This document shows positions 55,641-64,000 of a stretch of 64,000 nucleotides of DNA, one piece after another. The stretch comes from Spirochaetia bacterium (GTDB lineage: Bacteria > Spirochaetota > Spirochaetia > CADAEX01), in contig CAXXHA010000024.1 in the NCBI GenBank assembly GCA_963662265.2, positions 1-64,000 of the forward strand. The letters are read 5' to 3'. Below the pieces are notes generated by a model. It made no database searches. It saw only the letters and a program-made list of their open reading frames with translations, and was not told the DNA's origin. Numbering within the stretch: position 1 is the first letter of the stretch; every line of letters starts with the position of its first letter. The position numbers were made by a program, and so were the translations under genes.

Positions 55641-57548
55641 ATGACATTGAAAAAAAAATCTTTCCTGTTAATTATTGCAGTTTTTGTTATAACTTTATTT
55701 TCCGCCCTTATTCTTACAAATGGGTATATAAATTTAAAAAAGAAAATACAGGTCGAATCCCTGATATTAAAAGCAGCAAGGTCTCTTGAACAGACTTCAG
55801 CAATACTGAATGAATATATGATTCGGGGAAATCCCCGTGTATACAGACAGTTTAAGATACGAATAGAAAATTTCAGGTCAGATACAGCTTTTACAGATCT
55901 TGGGCAATATTCCAGTACTTATAGTTTCATAACTCCTGTAATATCAAAAAAGAGTGATTTACTTTATTATCTTGATAAAATAAGCCAGCTGATAGATGAA
56001 TCACAGCAGGAAGAACTAATTTTTAAGGAAACTATGTCACAGCTTCTTCTTCTTACACATGAAATGAAGATGTATATAATTGACCTTTATACTCAGATGG
56101 GAAATATAATAAAAAAAGAAACAATAGTTTTTACATTTTCTGTTTACGGGAGTTTCCTGTTTGTATCATTGCTTGTTTTTGTAATTATATTCTGGTTAAG
56201 AAGCGGTATATTGAAAAGGCTGTTCAAGCTTGAGCAGGTTGCTTTTAATATAGCTGATGGCGACTATTCTTCTGTAATTGATAATACTGGAAATGATGAA
56301 ATATCTAATTTGTCACAATCTTTCCTGTCAATGCAGTCCTCAATAAAACTGCATATTGAAAATATTTCAGCTGAGAGGGAAAAACTCAGGGTTATACTGG
56401 ATTCAATAGGCGATGGAGTCATTGCTGTTAATAATAAGAATAAAATAATGCTAATGAATTCAGTAGCTGAGAGCTTGACTGGATGGAAAATAAAAAACAC
56501 AGAAAATAAGAAATTTGAAACTGTTTTTAAAATTGTTAACGCATCGACAGGTGAAAAAGTCGAGAGTCCTGTTGCTAGAGTTTTGAAATCCGGGAATATT
56601 GAGTTTCTTTCAAATCATACAGTTCTTGTTTCAAGGACAGGAGAAAAATACCATATTGCTGATTCTGGTTCTCCTATTGTAAATAATTCTGGAAAAATAA
56701 CAGGTGTTGTTGTAATTTTTCGTGATATTACTGAGAAAATACATCTTGAAGAAATGATGATACAATCAGAAAAAATGCTGTCTGTTGGAGGACTTGCTGC
56801 AGGGATGGCGCATGAAATTAATAATCCCCTTGCCGGTATAATACAGACAGCCCATGTTATAAATAAACGTTTAACAGAAAATATAGATAAAAATATACAG
56901 GCGGCGGAAAAAGCCGGAACAGATCTTGAAAAAATAAAGTGTTACATGAAAAATCGTGATATTTACAAGATGCTTGATGATATCAATGAATCAGGTGCAA
57001 GGGCGGCTAAAATTGTAGAAAATATGCTTGGTTTTGCCCGTAAAAGTGAATCTATGGTTTCGTCCAATAATATTGTGGAACTCGTTAACAGTACACTTGA
57101 ACTTGCCAGTACTGATTATGACCTGAAAAAGAAATATGATTTCCGTGGAATTTCTATAATTAAAGAATATGAAAAAGATCTACCTCTTGTACCATGCGAA
57201 GCAGGGAAGATCCAGCAGGTAGTTTTAAATCTTCTGAGAAATGGTGCTCAGGCAATGCAGGAAGCTGATACAGATAATCCATCTTTCATTATACGGGTTT
57301 ATCTGGACAGGGAACAGGAGAATGTTTTTATTGAAGTTGAGGATAATGGGCCAGGAATGGATGAAAAAACCAGAAAGCGAGTTTTTGAACCTTTTTTTAC
57401 TTCCAAACCTGTAGGGGTAGGTACTGGTCTTGGGTTGAGTGTTTCATACTTTATTATAAAGAAAAACCACGGAGGAGATATGTATGTAAGCTCAAAACCG
57501 GGAAGTGGGGCTGTTTTTGTTATCAGCCTCCCGCTTTATCATAAATAA
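55641..57548 (+). CDS. Sensor histidine kinase (2 TM, HAMP, PAS, HisKA, HATPase)
   Basis: DEISNLSQSF HAMP, LDSIGDGVI PAS, LAAGMAHEINNPL, NGAQA, DNGPG and GTGLGLS. Confidence 0.9.
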   Translation: MTLKKKSFLLIIAVFVITLFSALILTNGYINLKKKIQVESLILKAARSLEQTSAILNEYMIRGNPRVYRQFKIRIENFRSDTAFTDLGQYSSTYSFITPVISKKSDLLYYLDKISQLIDESQQEELIFKETMSQLLLLTHEMKMYIIDLYTQMGNIIKKETIVFTFSVYGSFLFVSLLVFVIIFWLRSGILKRLFKLEQVAFNIADGDYSSVIDNTGNDEISNLSQSFLSMQSSIKLHIENISAEREKLRVILDSIGDGVIAVNNKNKIMLMNSVAESLTGWKIKNTENKKFETVFKIVNASTGEKVESPVARVLKSGNIEFLSNHTVLVSRTGEKYHIADSGSPIVNNSGKITGVVVIFRDITEKIHLEEMMIQSEKMLSVGGLAAGMAHEINNPLAGIIQTAHVINKRLTENIDKNIQAAEKAGTDLEKIKCYMKNRDIYKMLDDINESGARAAKIVENMLGFARKSESMVSSNNIVELVNSTLELASTDYDLKKKYDFRGISIIKEYEKDLPLVPCEAGKIQQVVLNLLRNGAQAMQEADTDNPSFIIRVYLDREQENVFIEVEDNGPGMDEKTRKRVFEPFFTSKPVGVGTGLGLSVSYFIIKKNHGGDMYVSSKPGSGAVFVISLPLYHK

Positions 57549-58756
57549 TTACTGGTATTTATTTTTTCCCCTGTGAAGGGTGCTATTGCCCTGTTATAAA
57601 TACCCTGAACATATGCTATTGCCATACCGTAATTTGTAACAGGTACTCCGGCCTCTTTTGCAGGCTTAAGCCTGTTCAAAAGCTGCTTCCTGGTTATCAT
57701 GCAACCGCCGCACTGTATAACCAGTGAATAGTCTGTTATTTTACCCGGAATATCATCAAGTCCTGCAACTACTTCGAAATGAAGTTTTTTACCTGTAAAC
57801 TGACTGATCCATCTTGGAATTTTAACCCTGCCGATATCATCGCATGATGTATGATGGGTGCATGATTCCAGGAGAAGTATTTTATCACCATCTTTAAGTT
57901 CTGATATTTGAGGTGTGCCGTCAAGATATGCATCAAAATCACCCTTGAAACGGGCAAGCATAACGCTGAAACCTGTAAGTGGTATATCTTTGGGTATCAT
58001 TGCATCGGCTTTCAGAAATATACTGCTGTCTGTAATTGCAAGGTCAGGTCTTATCCCTGTTTTTTTGAGAAATATATCGACTTCCCTTTCTTTAAGCACT
58101 ATAGCAACTGCATCATTATCAAGAATATCTCTGATTGCCTGGACCTGGGGAAGTATAAGCCTGCCTTCAGGTGCTTCAATATCAATAGGAACAATCATAA
58201 GGACAACATCCCCGTATGAAAGAAGATCTCCTACAAGAGTCTGCTTTTTGAATGCTGATTCCGGAATAATTTCCTTCAATGCACCCAGTACCGGCCATGG
58301 GTCCTGATCCGATACACTGGAAAAATCAAATATCTGAACTTCTTCAGGTAAATTGATTGAATTTAAATCAAGGTTTTGAATATCGCTCTTGTTGTGAATT
58401 ATTAAAAAGGGTATTTCCTCTTTCCTGAAATCAGTCATTAAATCTTTGTCAGTTCCTGTTATGCTGTTTCCCGATATGAGAATTATAGCAGCATCAATGG
58501 ATTTCAGGACCTTTTTTGTCCTTTTTATCCTAAGGTTTCCAAGGTCTGTCGTATCGCCCAGGCCTGCTGTATCAACAAGAACAACCGGACCTATGCCGGT
58601 AAGTTCAACTGTCTTGTTTACAGGGTCAGTTGTTGTTCCTGCAGTATTGCTGACTATAGATATTTCCTGTCCTGTGATAGCATTGATAAAAGAACTCTTA
58701 CCAACATTTGTCTGTCCAAATATACCTATATGGGGCCTTGCTTCTTTTCCTTTCAT
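57539..58756 (-). CDS. hydF: [FeFe]-hydrogenase H-cluster maturation GTPase HydF
   Basis: GQTNVGKS, GTTTDPV, DTAG, NKSD, APEGRLILPQVQ, ESCTHH..DDIG and QCGGCM. Confidence 0.93.
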   Translation of the reverse strand: MKGKEARPHIGIFGQTNVGKSSFINAITGQEISIVSNTAGTTTDPVNKTVELTGIGPVVLVDTAGLGDTTDLGNLRIKRTKKVLKSIDAAIILISGNSITGTDKDLMTDFRKEEIPFLIIHNKSDIQNLDLNSINLPEEVQIFDFSSVSDQDPWPVLGALKEIIPESAFKKQTLVGDLLSYGDVVLMIVPIDIEAPEGRLILPQVQAIRDILDNDAVAIVLKEREVDIFLKKTGIRPDLAITDSSIFLKADAMIPKDIPLTGFSVMLARFKGDFDAYLDGTPQISELKDGDKILLLESCTHHTSCDDIGRVKIPRWISQFTGKKLHFEVVAGLDDIPGKITDYSLVIQCGGCMITRKQLLNRLKPAKEAGVPVTNYGMAIAYVQGIYNRAIAPFTGEKINTSNYL

Positions 58757-58925
58757 TGTTCATCTCTCTTGTCATATGATAACAGGTAAATATATATGTT
58801 TAATTACCAGAAAATACTGTATTAATGCAATATCATGTTATCTGGAAAAAGTCTGTATTATCAATAAATTATTTTCACTTTACTGATAAATGCAGAAAAA
58901 ATATTTCAGATATCGTGGATTGTAA

Positions 58926-60389
58926 TTACTTGCTATCATTTTTTGTAAGGTCAAATAATGAAAAACCTTCTTTCAGCAGGTTGGAAGTGGATAATATATC
59001 TTTCAAGTGGATGCTGTCTATCAGGTTGAGCTGGTTATTTGCTTCAAAAACACTGCAGGCCTGTTCCTGCATTTTAATGCTCAGCTGCTCTGATTTGTGA
59101 TACCCGATAAAAGGGAGGAGTGCTGTGCATACTGCCGGGCTTGAATAAAGTTTATCTTCAGCAGTCTTGCTGTTTATTTCCAGTTCAGCAAAAAGGTTTT
59201 CTCTGAGAGTCTTGTCTGCCGCTATCAGTAGTTCAATGCTGTTCAGAAATGAGTGGCCTATTAATGGGAGATATGCATTGAGATCAAGCATCCCCTGGGC
59301 AGCAAGTCCTGATATTATCTGATCGTTTGCATATACCCTGTGCGATACGCTGATAACAAATTCAGGGATTACAGGGTTTACTTTTCCCGGCATAATACTG
59401 CTGCCAACCTGTTTCTGCGGTATTTTAATTTCATTATGAGTTATAAGGTCTGAACTCAGAAGCCTTAGGTCTGATACTATTTTTTCAAGTGTTACTGCAT
59501 GGGCTTTCAGGAAACCGTGGACTTCAACAAATGGATCAAGATTGCATGTAGCATCATGCATGTTTTCACTTCTTGTTACAGGAAGCTCTGTCAGCTTCTG
59601 AAGTTCCTGGACAACTCCCATTATAAAAAATCTGGGGGAGGTTATGCCGCTTCCAACAGCGCTTCCTCCGAGGTTTACAACCTTAAGCCTCTCCTGTGCC
59701 CGGGATACTCTCCACCAGTCTCTTGATAGTGCTTCATTATATGTGCTGAAAAGTCTTCCTATTGATGAGGGGACAGCCTGCTGCATCTGTGTATATGCGA
59801 TTCTGAGGCTGTTTCTATATTCTGATTCATATTTTTCAATATCATGCCTGAGAAGGTTGATTTTTTCTTCAAGTTCAAGCATCAGCTTCATTGAAGCTGT
59901 ATGAAGAGCAGTGGGAATAACATCATTGGTGCTCTGATACCTGTTAGCATGTTCGACAGGATCAATTTTCTCATAAGTGCCTGGTTTGTATCCGCTATGC
60001 AGTAATGCTGTGTTTGCGATAATTTCATTTATATTCATGTTGATGCTGGTTCCGGCGCCCCCCTGTACAGCAGGTACTATGAATGATTTGTAATGCCTGC
60101 CCCTTGAGACTTCTACAGCAGCTTTCTGAAGTGCATGAATAATTTTAATATCAGGTATATCAACAGGAATTTCAGAGCCGAAATTTTTCTCTGATGTTTT
60201 CCTGAATTTTTCTATTGTGTTGTAGCATGCAAGTTTTACTGCACCTGCAGCCCTGTACCACTCTTTTGAAAACAGTTCAGTGTCAGGGAAGTTTTCTTTA
60301 GCCCTGTATGCGTGAATACCGTATAATGCGTTTTCAGGGATTTTAACTGATCCTATATGGTCTTTTTCAGTTCTGTAATTTTCTTTCAT
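58926..60389 (-). CDS. aspA: Aspartate ammonia-lyase-like (fumarase/aspartase superfamily)
   Basis: YRTEKDHIG, QGGAGTSINMNINE, QSTNDVIPT and the signature GSSIMPGKVNPVIPE. Confidence 0.75.
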   Translation of the reverse strand: MKENYRTEKDHIGSVKIPENALYGIHAYRAKENFPDTELFSKEWYRAAGAVKLACYNTIEKFRKTSEKNFGSEIPVDIPDIKIIHALQKAAVEVSRGRHYKSFIVPAVQGGAGTSINMNINEIIANTALLHSGYKPGTYEKIDPVEHANRYQSTNDVIPTALHTASMKLMLELEEKINLLRHDIEKYESEYRNSLRIAYTQMQQAVPSSIGRLFSTYNEALSRDWWRVSRAQERLKVVNLGGSAVGSGITSPRFFIMGVVQELQKLTELPVTRSENMHDATCNLDPFVEVHGFLKAHAVTLEKIVSDLRLLSSDLITHNEIKIPQKQVGSSIMPGKVNPVIPEFVISVSHRVYANDQIISGLAAQGMLDLNAYLPLIGHSFLNSIELLIAADKTLRENLFAELEINSKTAEDKLYSSPAVCTALLPFIGYHKSEQLSIKMQEQACSVFEANNQLNLIDSIHLKDILSTSNLLKEGFSLFDLTKNDSK

Positions 60390-60608
60390 ATTTGTTATTT
60401 CTCAGGTTATTTATTGCAAATAAGTAAAAGCTGATTTTTGAATTGAATTTTATCAACTGATATTTATGCCTATCATTAAGATATGAGATGTTTAAGCTGC
60501 TGTCAATGTAATTTCAATAATAATGAAATTGGGTTTGTTTTTAGATGTTATATATAATATTAATAAAGGACAGCTGTTATTTTGCTGCCCTTTAAAAATA
60601 TATAACAA

Positions 60609-62990
60609 TTACGGGATTTGCACGCTGGCACTATTATCGGTTTCATCTGACTCGACAAAATTACCTGTAGTTAGTGTAGCATATATATATTCTCCAGATG
60701 TAAATGTAGGAGGTGTAGTTGAGCTTGTGTATGCAGATCGGATGTAATCATAGTATTCCCCGGGATAGAGTATCGGGAGATTGTCAGGTAAATAGCCGCC
60801 GCCTGCTCCACCACCACTGTAGGTATTCTGCAAAGATACATTATCTGTTACACTTGAATGATTTGTTCCGTCAAGATCTGCATGTGCATTTCCAATATTT
60901 GTTATCCTGTATGTACTTCTAATTTCTGTGTCACTGACCCGTACAGGATTGAATATATTAAGTATCAGGTTTGGAAGTCCCCCTGCAACTGCCCTGTAAC
61001 CGCCGTCTTCTGATGTATATGAACTGTAGATATTATCAGCACTCCTTGCCCTTACCCTGTAGTAATATGTGACACCTGCTGTCGCAGCTGTGTCCTGGTA
61101 GGTGTTTCCTGAAATACTTGTAAGCGCGCCGAAAGATCCTGATAATGTCCTTCTTTCAATAAAATATATGTTTGCTCCTGATACATAATCCCAGGATACA
61201 GTGACATTTGCTGTCGAAGTTCCCTTTGAAACACTGAAGGATAAAGGCGATGGCAGTGTTGTATTTGATTGTACATAGCCTGACTGGGGACTTGATCCTG
61301 ACGAATTTGTCGCCTTTACCTTGAAATAGTAAATTCTGCCCTGGTTGAGTGAGGTAAGTGTGTATGTTGTGCTGCTTCCAGAGTAAACCTGTGTAGTATA
61401 AGTGCCTCCAGAGCTGCTGCTTATGTAAAGCTGGTAGCTTGTTGCCCCTGAAACAGCTGACCAGTTAACCTGTATGGATGTTGATGTTACTGTTCCTGTT
61501 GTCGGAGCTGATGGTGTTGCAGGTATTGTAGGGGCACTTACAGCACCGGATAATGAAGAGTTGCCTCCTGTATTTTCTGCTCTCACCTTGTAGTAGTATG
61601 TTACACCTGATGAGAGGCCGGTGTCTGTAAAGCTTGTGTTGGTGCCTGAATAAACCTGTGTCGAAAATGAACCTCCTGCTGATGTATCCCTGTATAATCT
61701 GTATGAATCGGCACGGAGAGCAGTATTCCAGGAGAGAGCAAGCGAGCTGTTTGTCCTTGTTCCTATTGCAAGTCCTGCCGGTGTATCAGGCGGCTGTACA
61801 ATGTTTACAGTGAAATTGCCTGGTGATGATTCATTTCCCGCTATATCAATTGCTGTTACTGACAGTGTGTGATTCCCATAACTTAAGGCTGAAGTGGGTG
61901 TGTATGCTGTTGAAGCAGTGTTTGTCCAGCTGCCCCCGTCAATGCTGCAGTTGTATGATACTGCGCCTGTGACAGAGTTCCAGCTCCATGTGGGAGTTGT
62001 ATCTCCGGTTGGTGTTGCTGCAGTAACTGAAGGAACTGCAGGGGCTGCTGTGCTCAGGTAAATAGTGTCTGTAAATACTGATGAAAAATTTCCTGCTATG
62101 TCTTCAAGCCTTAGTGATACTGTCCTGTCTCCCGTGAGAGATCTCAATGTCCAGCTCCTGTTTACAGGTGATCCTGCAAGAAGTTCCTGGCTGCTCCAGC
62201 TGCCTCCGTCATTCATGTACTGGGCCCATACACTGTTTGTGTCTGTATAGTTGTAACCGAGGCTCACCCCGATATTGTTTGCTGTTGCTGCATCATTATC
62301 AATACTGAAACTGTTTGCCGAGGGTGAAGTTGTGTCAAGGGTAATTGTTCTTGTTGACGGAGTTGTTGTTCCTGCGTTTGTCTTAAACTCCGCGTTTACA
62401 GTTTTAGAGCCGTCTCCCGATACCAGGTTCCAGGAATAAGTATCTGAATAGGGAACCCAGCTGCTCCATGTAGTTCCCCCGTCGTTTGAAAACCGCATGC
62501 TTTCAACATTACTGATTGTCATGCAGAGGGTTACAGCCGGAGAATTGACATAAAGATGCCTGTTCCCTGAAATTGCAGATCCCCATATGTAGAAATCACC
62601 TGCCGGTGCCCCTGTGTTCAGTATGATGTTGTTCTGCATTGCTACAACATGATGCCCTTCATCCCGGTATTCCGCATATACTGTCTTACTCCCGTCTCCC
62701 AGTGAGAGATTCCATGATTTTTCAGGTGAATAGGTTTCCCAGTCAGACCAGCTGTATCCGGCATTCTTAAACCTCATTTCAAGCGCATCTTCCTCCTTTG
62801 AGACTGAGGAATTAAGAGTTACTGATAGTGAAGAGGTTGGTGCTCCTGAATTTATAATGAATGTATCTGCGACAGGGGAAGAGACTTTGAGCTCTACAAG
62901 ATCCCTCATCTGATCGTTTGGGCATGAAGTTATTACTATTAAATAAATAAGGAGAAAGAAAAAACTGAGTCCGTCATGTTTAACATGCAT
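60609..62990 (-). CDS. Ser/Thr-rich surface lipoprotein with repeated beta modules, an Ig-like domain and about 3 fibronectin type III domains
   Basis: Lipobox ITSC; three repeats like MRF.N.G.SWS.W..Y....SW.L..GDG.KTV; FnIII motifs W......Y.L...YYYKVRA.N..G.S. Confidence 0.8.
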   Translation of the reverse strand: MHVKHDGLSFFFLLIYLIVITSCPNDQMRDLVELKVSSPVADTFIINSGAPTSSLSVTLNSSVSKEEDALEMRFKNAGYSWSDWETYSPEKSWNLSLGDGSKTVYAEYRDEGHHVVAMQNNIILNTGAPAGDFYIWGSAISGNRHLYVNSPAVTLCMTISNVESMRFSNDGGTTWSSWVPYSDTYSWNLVSGDGSKTVNAEFKTNAGTTTPSTRTITLDTTSPSANSFSIDNDAATANNIGVSLGYNYTDTNSVWAQYMNDGGSWSSQELLAGSPVNRSWTLRSLTGDRTVSLRLEDIAGNFSSVFTDTIYLSTAAPAVPSVTAATPTGDTTPTWSWNSVTGAVSYNCSIDGGSWTNTASTAYTPTSALSYGNHTLSVTAIDIAGNESSPGNFTVNIVQPPDTPAGLAIGTRTNSSLALSWNTALRADSYRLYRDTSAGGSFSTQVYSGTNTSFTDTGLSSGVTYYYKVRAENTGGNSSLSGAVSAPTIPATPSAPTTGTVTSTSIQVNWSAVSGATSYQLYISSSSGGTYTTQVYSGSSTTYTLTSLNQGRIYYFKVKATNSSGSSPQSGYVQSNTTLPSPLSFSVSKGTSTANVTVSWDYVSGANIYFIERRTLSGSFGALTSISGNTYQDTAATAGVTYYYRVRARSADNIYSSYTSEDGGYRAVAGGLPNLILNIFNPVRVSDTEIRSTYRITNIGNAHADLDGTNHSSVTDNVSLQNTYSGGGAGGGYLPDNLPILYPGEYYDYIRSAYTSSTTPPTFTSGEYIYATLTTGNFVESDETDNSASVQIP

Positions 62991-63173
62991 TTATGTACTC
63001 TCTTTAATATGTTCCTGTATTATCCTTTACCGACCCATGAGTCGGTATATAAATAATTATAATCCAGACAGATCCTCAGGACAAGTGCTGTATCTGTATT
63101 ATAAAATAATTAAATTGCGATTTGAATGACAGGGATTAAAACTTTTTTCCATATCTGATTTGTGAACAGAATG

Positions 63174-64000
63174 TTATTCTTCAACCCACCTTACATCACC
63201 TTTGAGGTTTTCCAGAGCTTTATTCATTATTGCCCCTGTGTTCTGGGATATAAGGTATGAATTCTTTTCAGCAGTATCAGGTGATATTATTTTCAGCCTG
63301 TTATAATACTGCGTAGCTGTGTAGTAGTTGTCCTGTTCGTAATTTACACGGGCAAGTGATAAAAGGACTTCCGGATCGTCTGGAGAGTTCTGTTCTGCTT
63401 TCTCGTAAAATGCCTGTGACTGTTTAAGCCTGTTGAGAATGTAATACTGATTTCCCTTTTCAATGAGGAAATTCTCTGTAAATATATTCATGTTGTTTAT
63501 TCCGGTTTCATGGCCGTCAGATGAAGCTTTTTCATTTCTCTGCTTCTTTCTCCCATGAAAGGAACTTCTTCTGCAAGTTCATAATCAATAAATTCAAGTT
63601 TCCTGTAAATTTCCCTTGTGAGACCGAAATCAAGCCTCTTGTAATATGCAACTGCCATGTTCTGAAGCATCGGGGCATTATAGGCGTTTTTCCTGTATGC
63701 TTTCTCATAAAGAGGGAGAGCTTCCTCAAGCCTGTCATCTAGAAAATAGAGATTTGCAAGGTTTACTATTGCAGGAGCGTATTCCTTTCCGGCTGACTTT
63801 TCAAATTCACTGTAAGCCTCGTTATATTTTTCAAACCTTGCATAGAGAACACCAAGCTTGTTTGTCAGTTCTGGATATTCCTCTGACAGTCCTATGATTT
63901 CCCTGTACAATTCTTCATCCGGCCTGATTTCCCAGTATGCATAGCTCTTTATATCTTCCAGGTATGCCTCAACAATTTCTTTGCTGTCTGGTATTTTTAC
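63174..64000 (-). CDS. TPR protein, 3' part (continues beyond the window); apparent -1 frameshift at about 63536
   Basis: Frame is open from 64000 to 63497 with TPRs (NKLGVLYARF, NLANLYF). Adding one A at about 63536 joins it through NEKASSDGHETGINN to the 63174-63491 TPR ORF. Confidence 0.65.

Overview
AT-rich chromosomal segment from an anaerobic, free-living-type spirochaete. The assignment rests on Spirochaetaceae-like 16S signatures, the comEC-rsmA block, bactofilin, an MCP and hydF. Positions 1-15 kb carry housekeeping and signalling genes (fabZ, dsbD/TlpA, PilZ, comEC, rsmA, HAD, MCP, TrmH, hybrid kinase). Positions 15-17 kb carry ablAB (N-epsilon-acetyl-beta-lysine osmolyte synthesis) behind an attenuator-like leader. 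The most unusual region is 20-33 kb. A divergent HrcA/NrpR-like wHTH-FCD regulator sits beside three transcription units that each begin with the same palindrome (GCTACTCA-N5-TGAGTAGC). They encode a second dapA, a DapB-ACT-ACT fusion, asd, an ACT-less DapG-type aspartokinase, a five-gene flavin/Fe-S amine dehydrogenase complex and a TAXI-TRAP importer. I read this as a candidate undescribed pathway linking an imported diaminopimelate/piperidine-dicarboxylate-like compound to the early DAP pathway; direction and substrate are inference. Positions 33-41 kb hold pta, bactofilin, mtaB, tRNA-Lys/Glu, a upp-like gene, TPR proteins and a pseudo-adenylate-kinase. Positions 41-53 kb hold two head-to-tail rRNA operons (tRNA-Ala vs tRNA-Ile spacers). 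Positions 53-64 kb hold a degenerate tRNA-Glu(CTC), an HD-GYP/SBP/kinase module, aspA-like/hydF, an FnIII lipoprotein and a TPR gene. Three single-base frameshifts suggest residual indel errors. No CRISPR array or IS element was seen. All family assignments come from motif recognition by eye, with no database searches.
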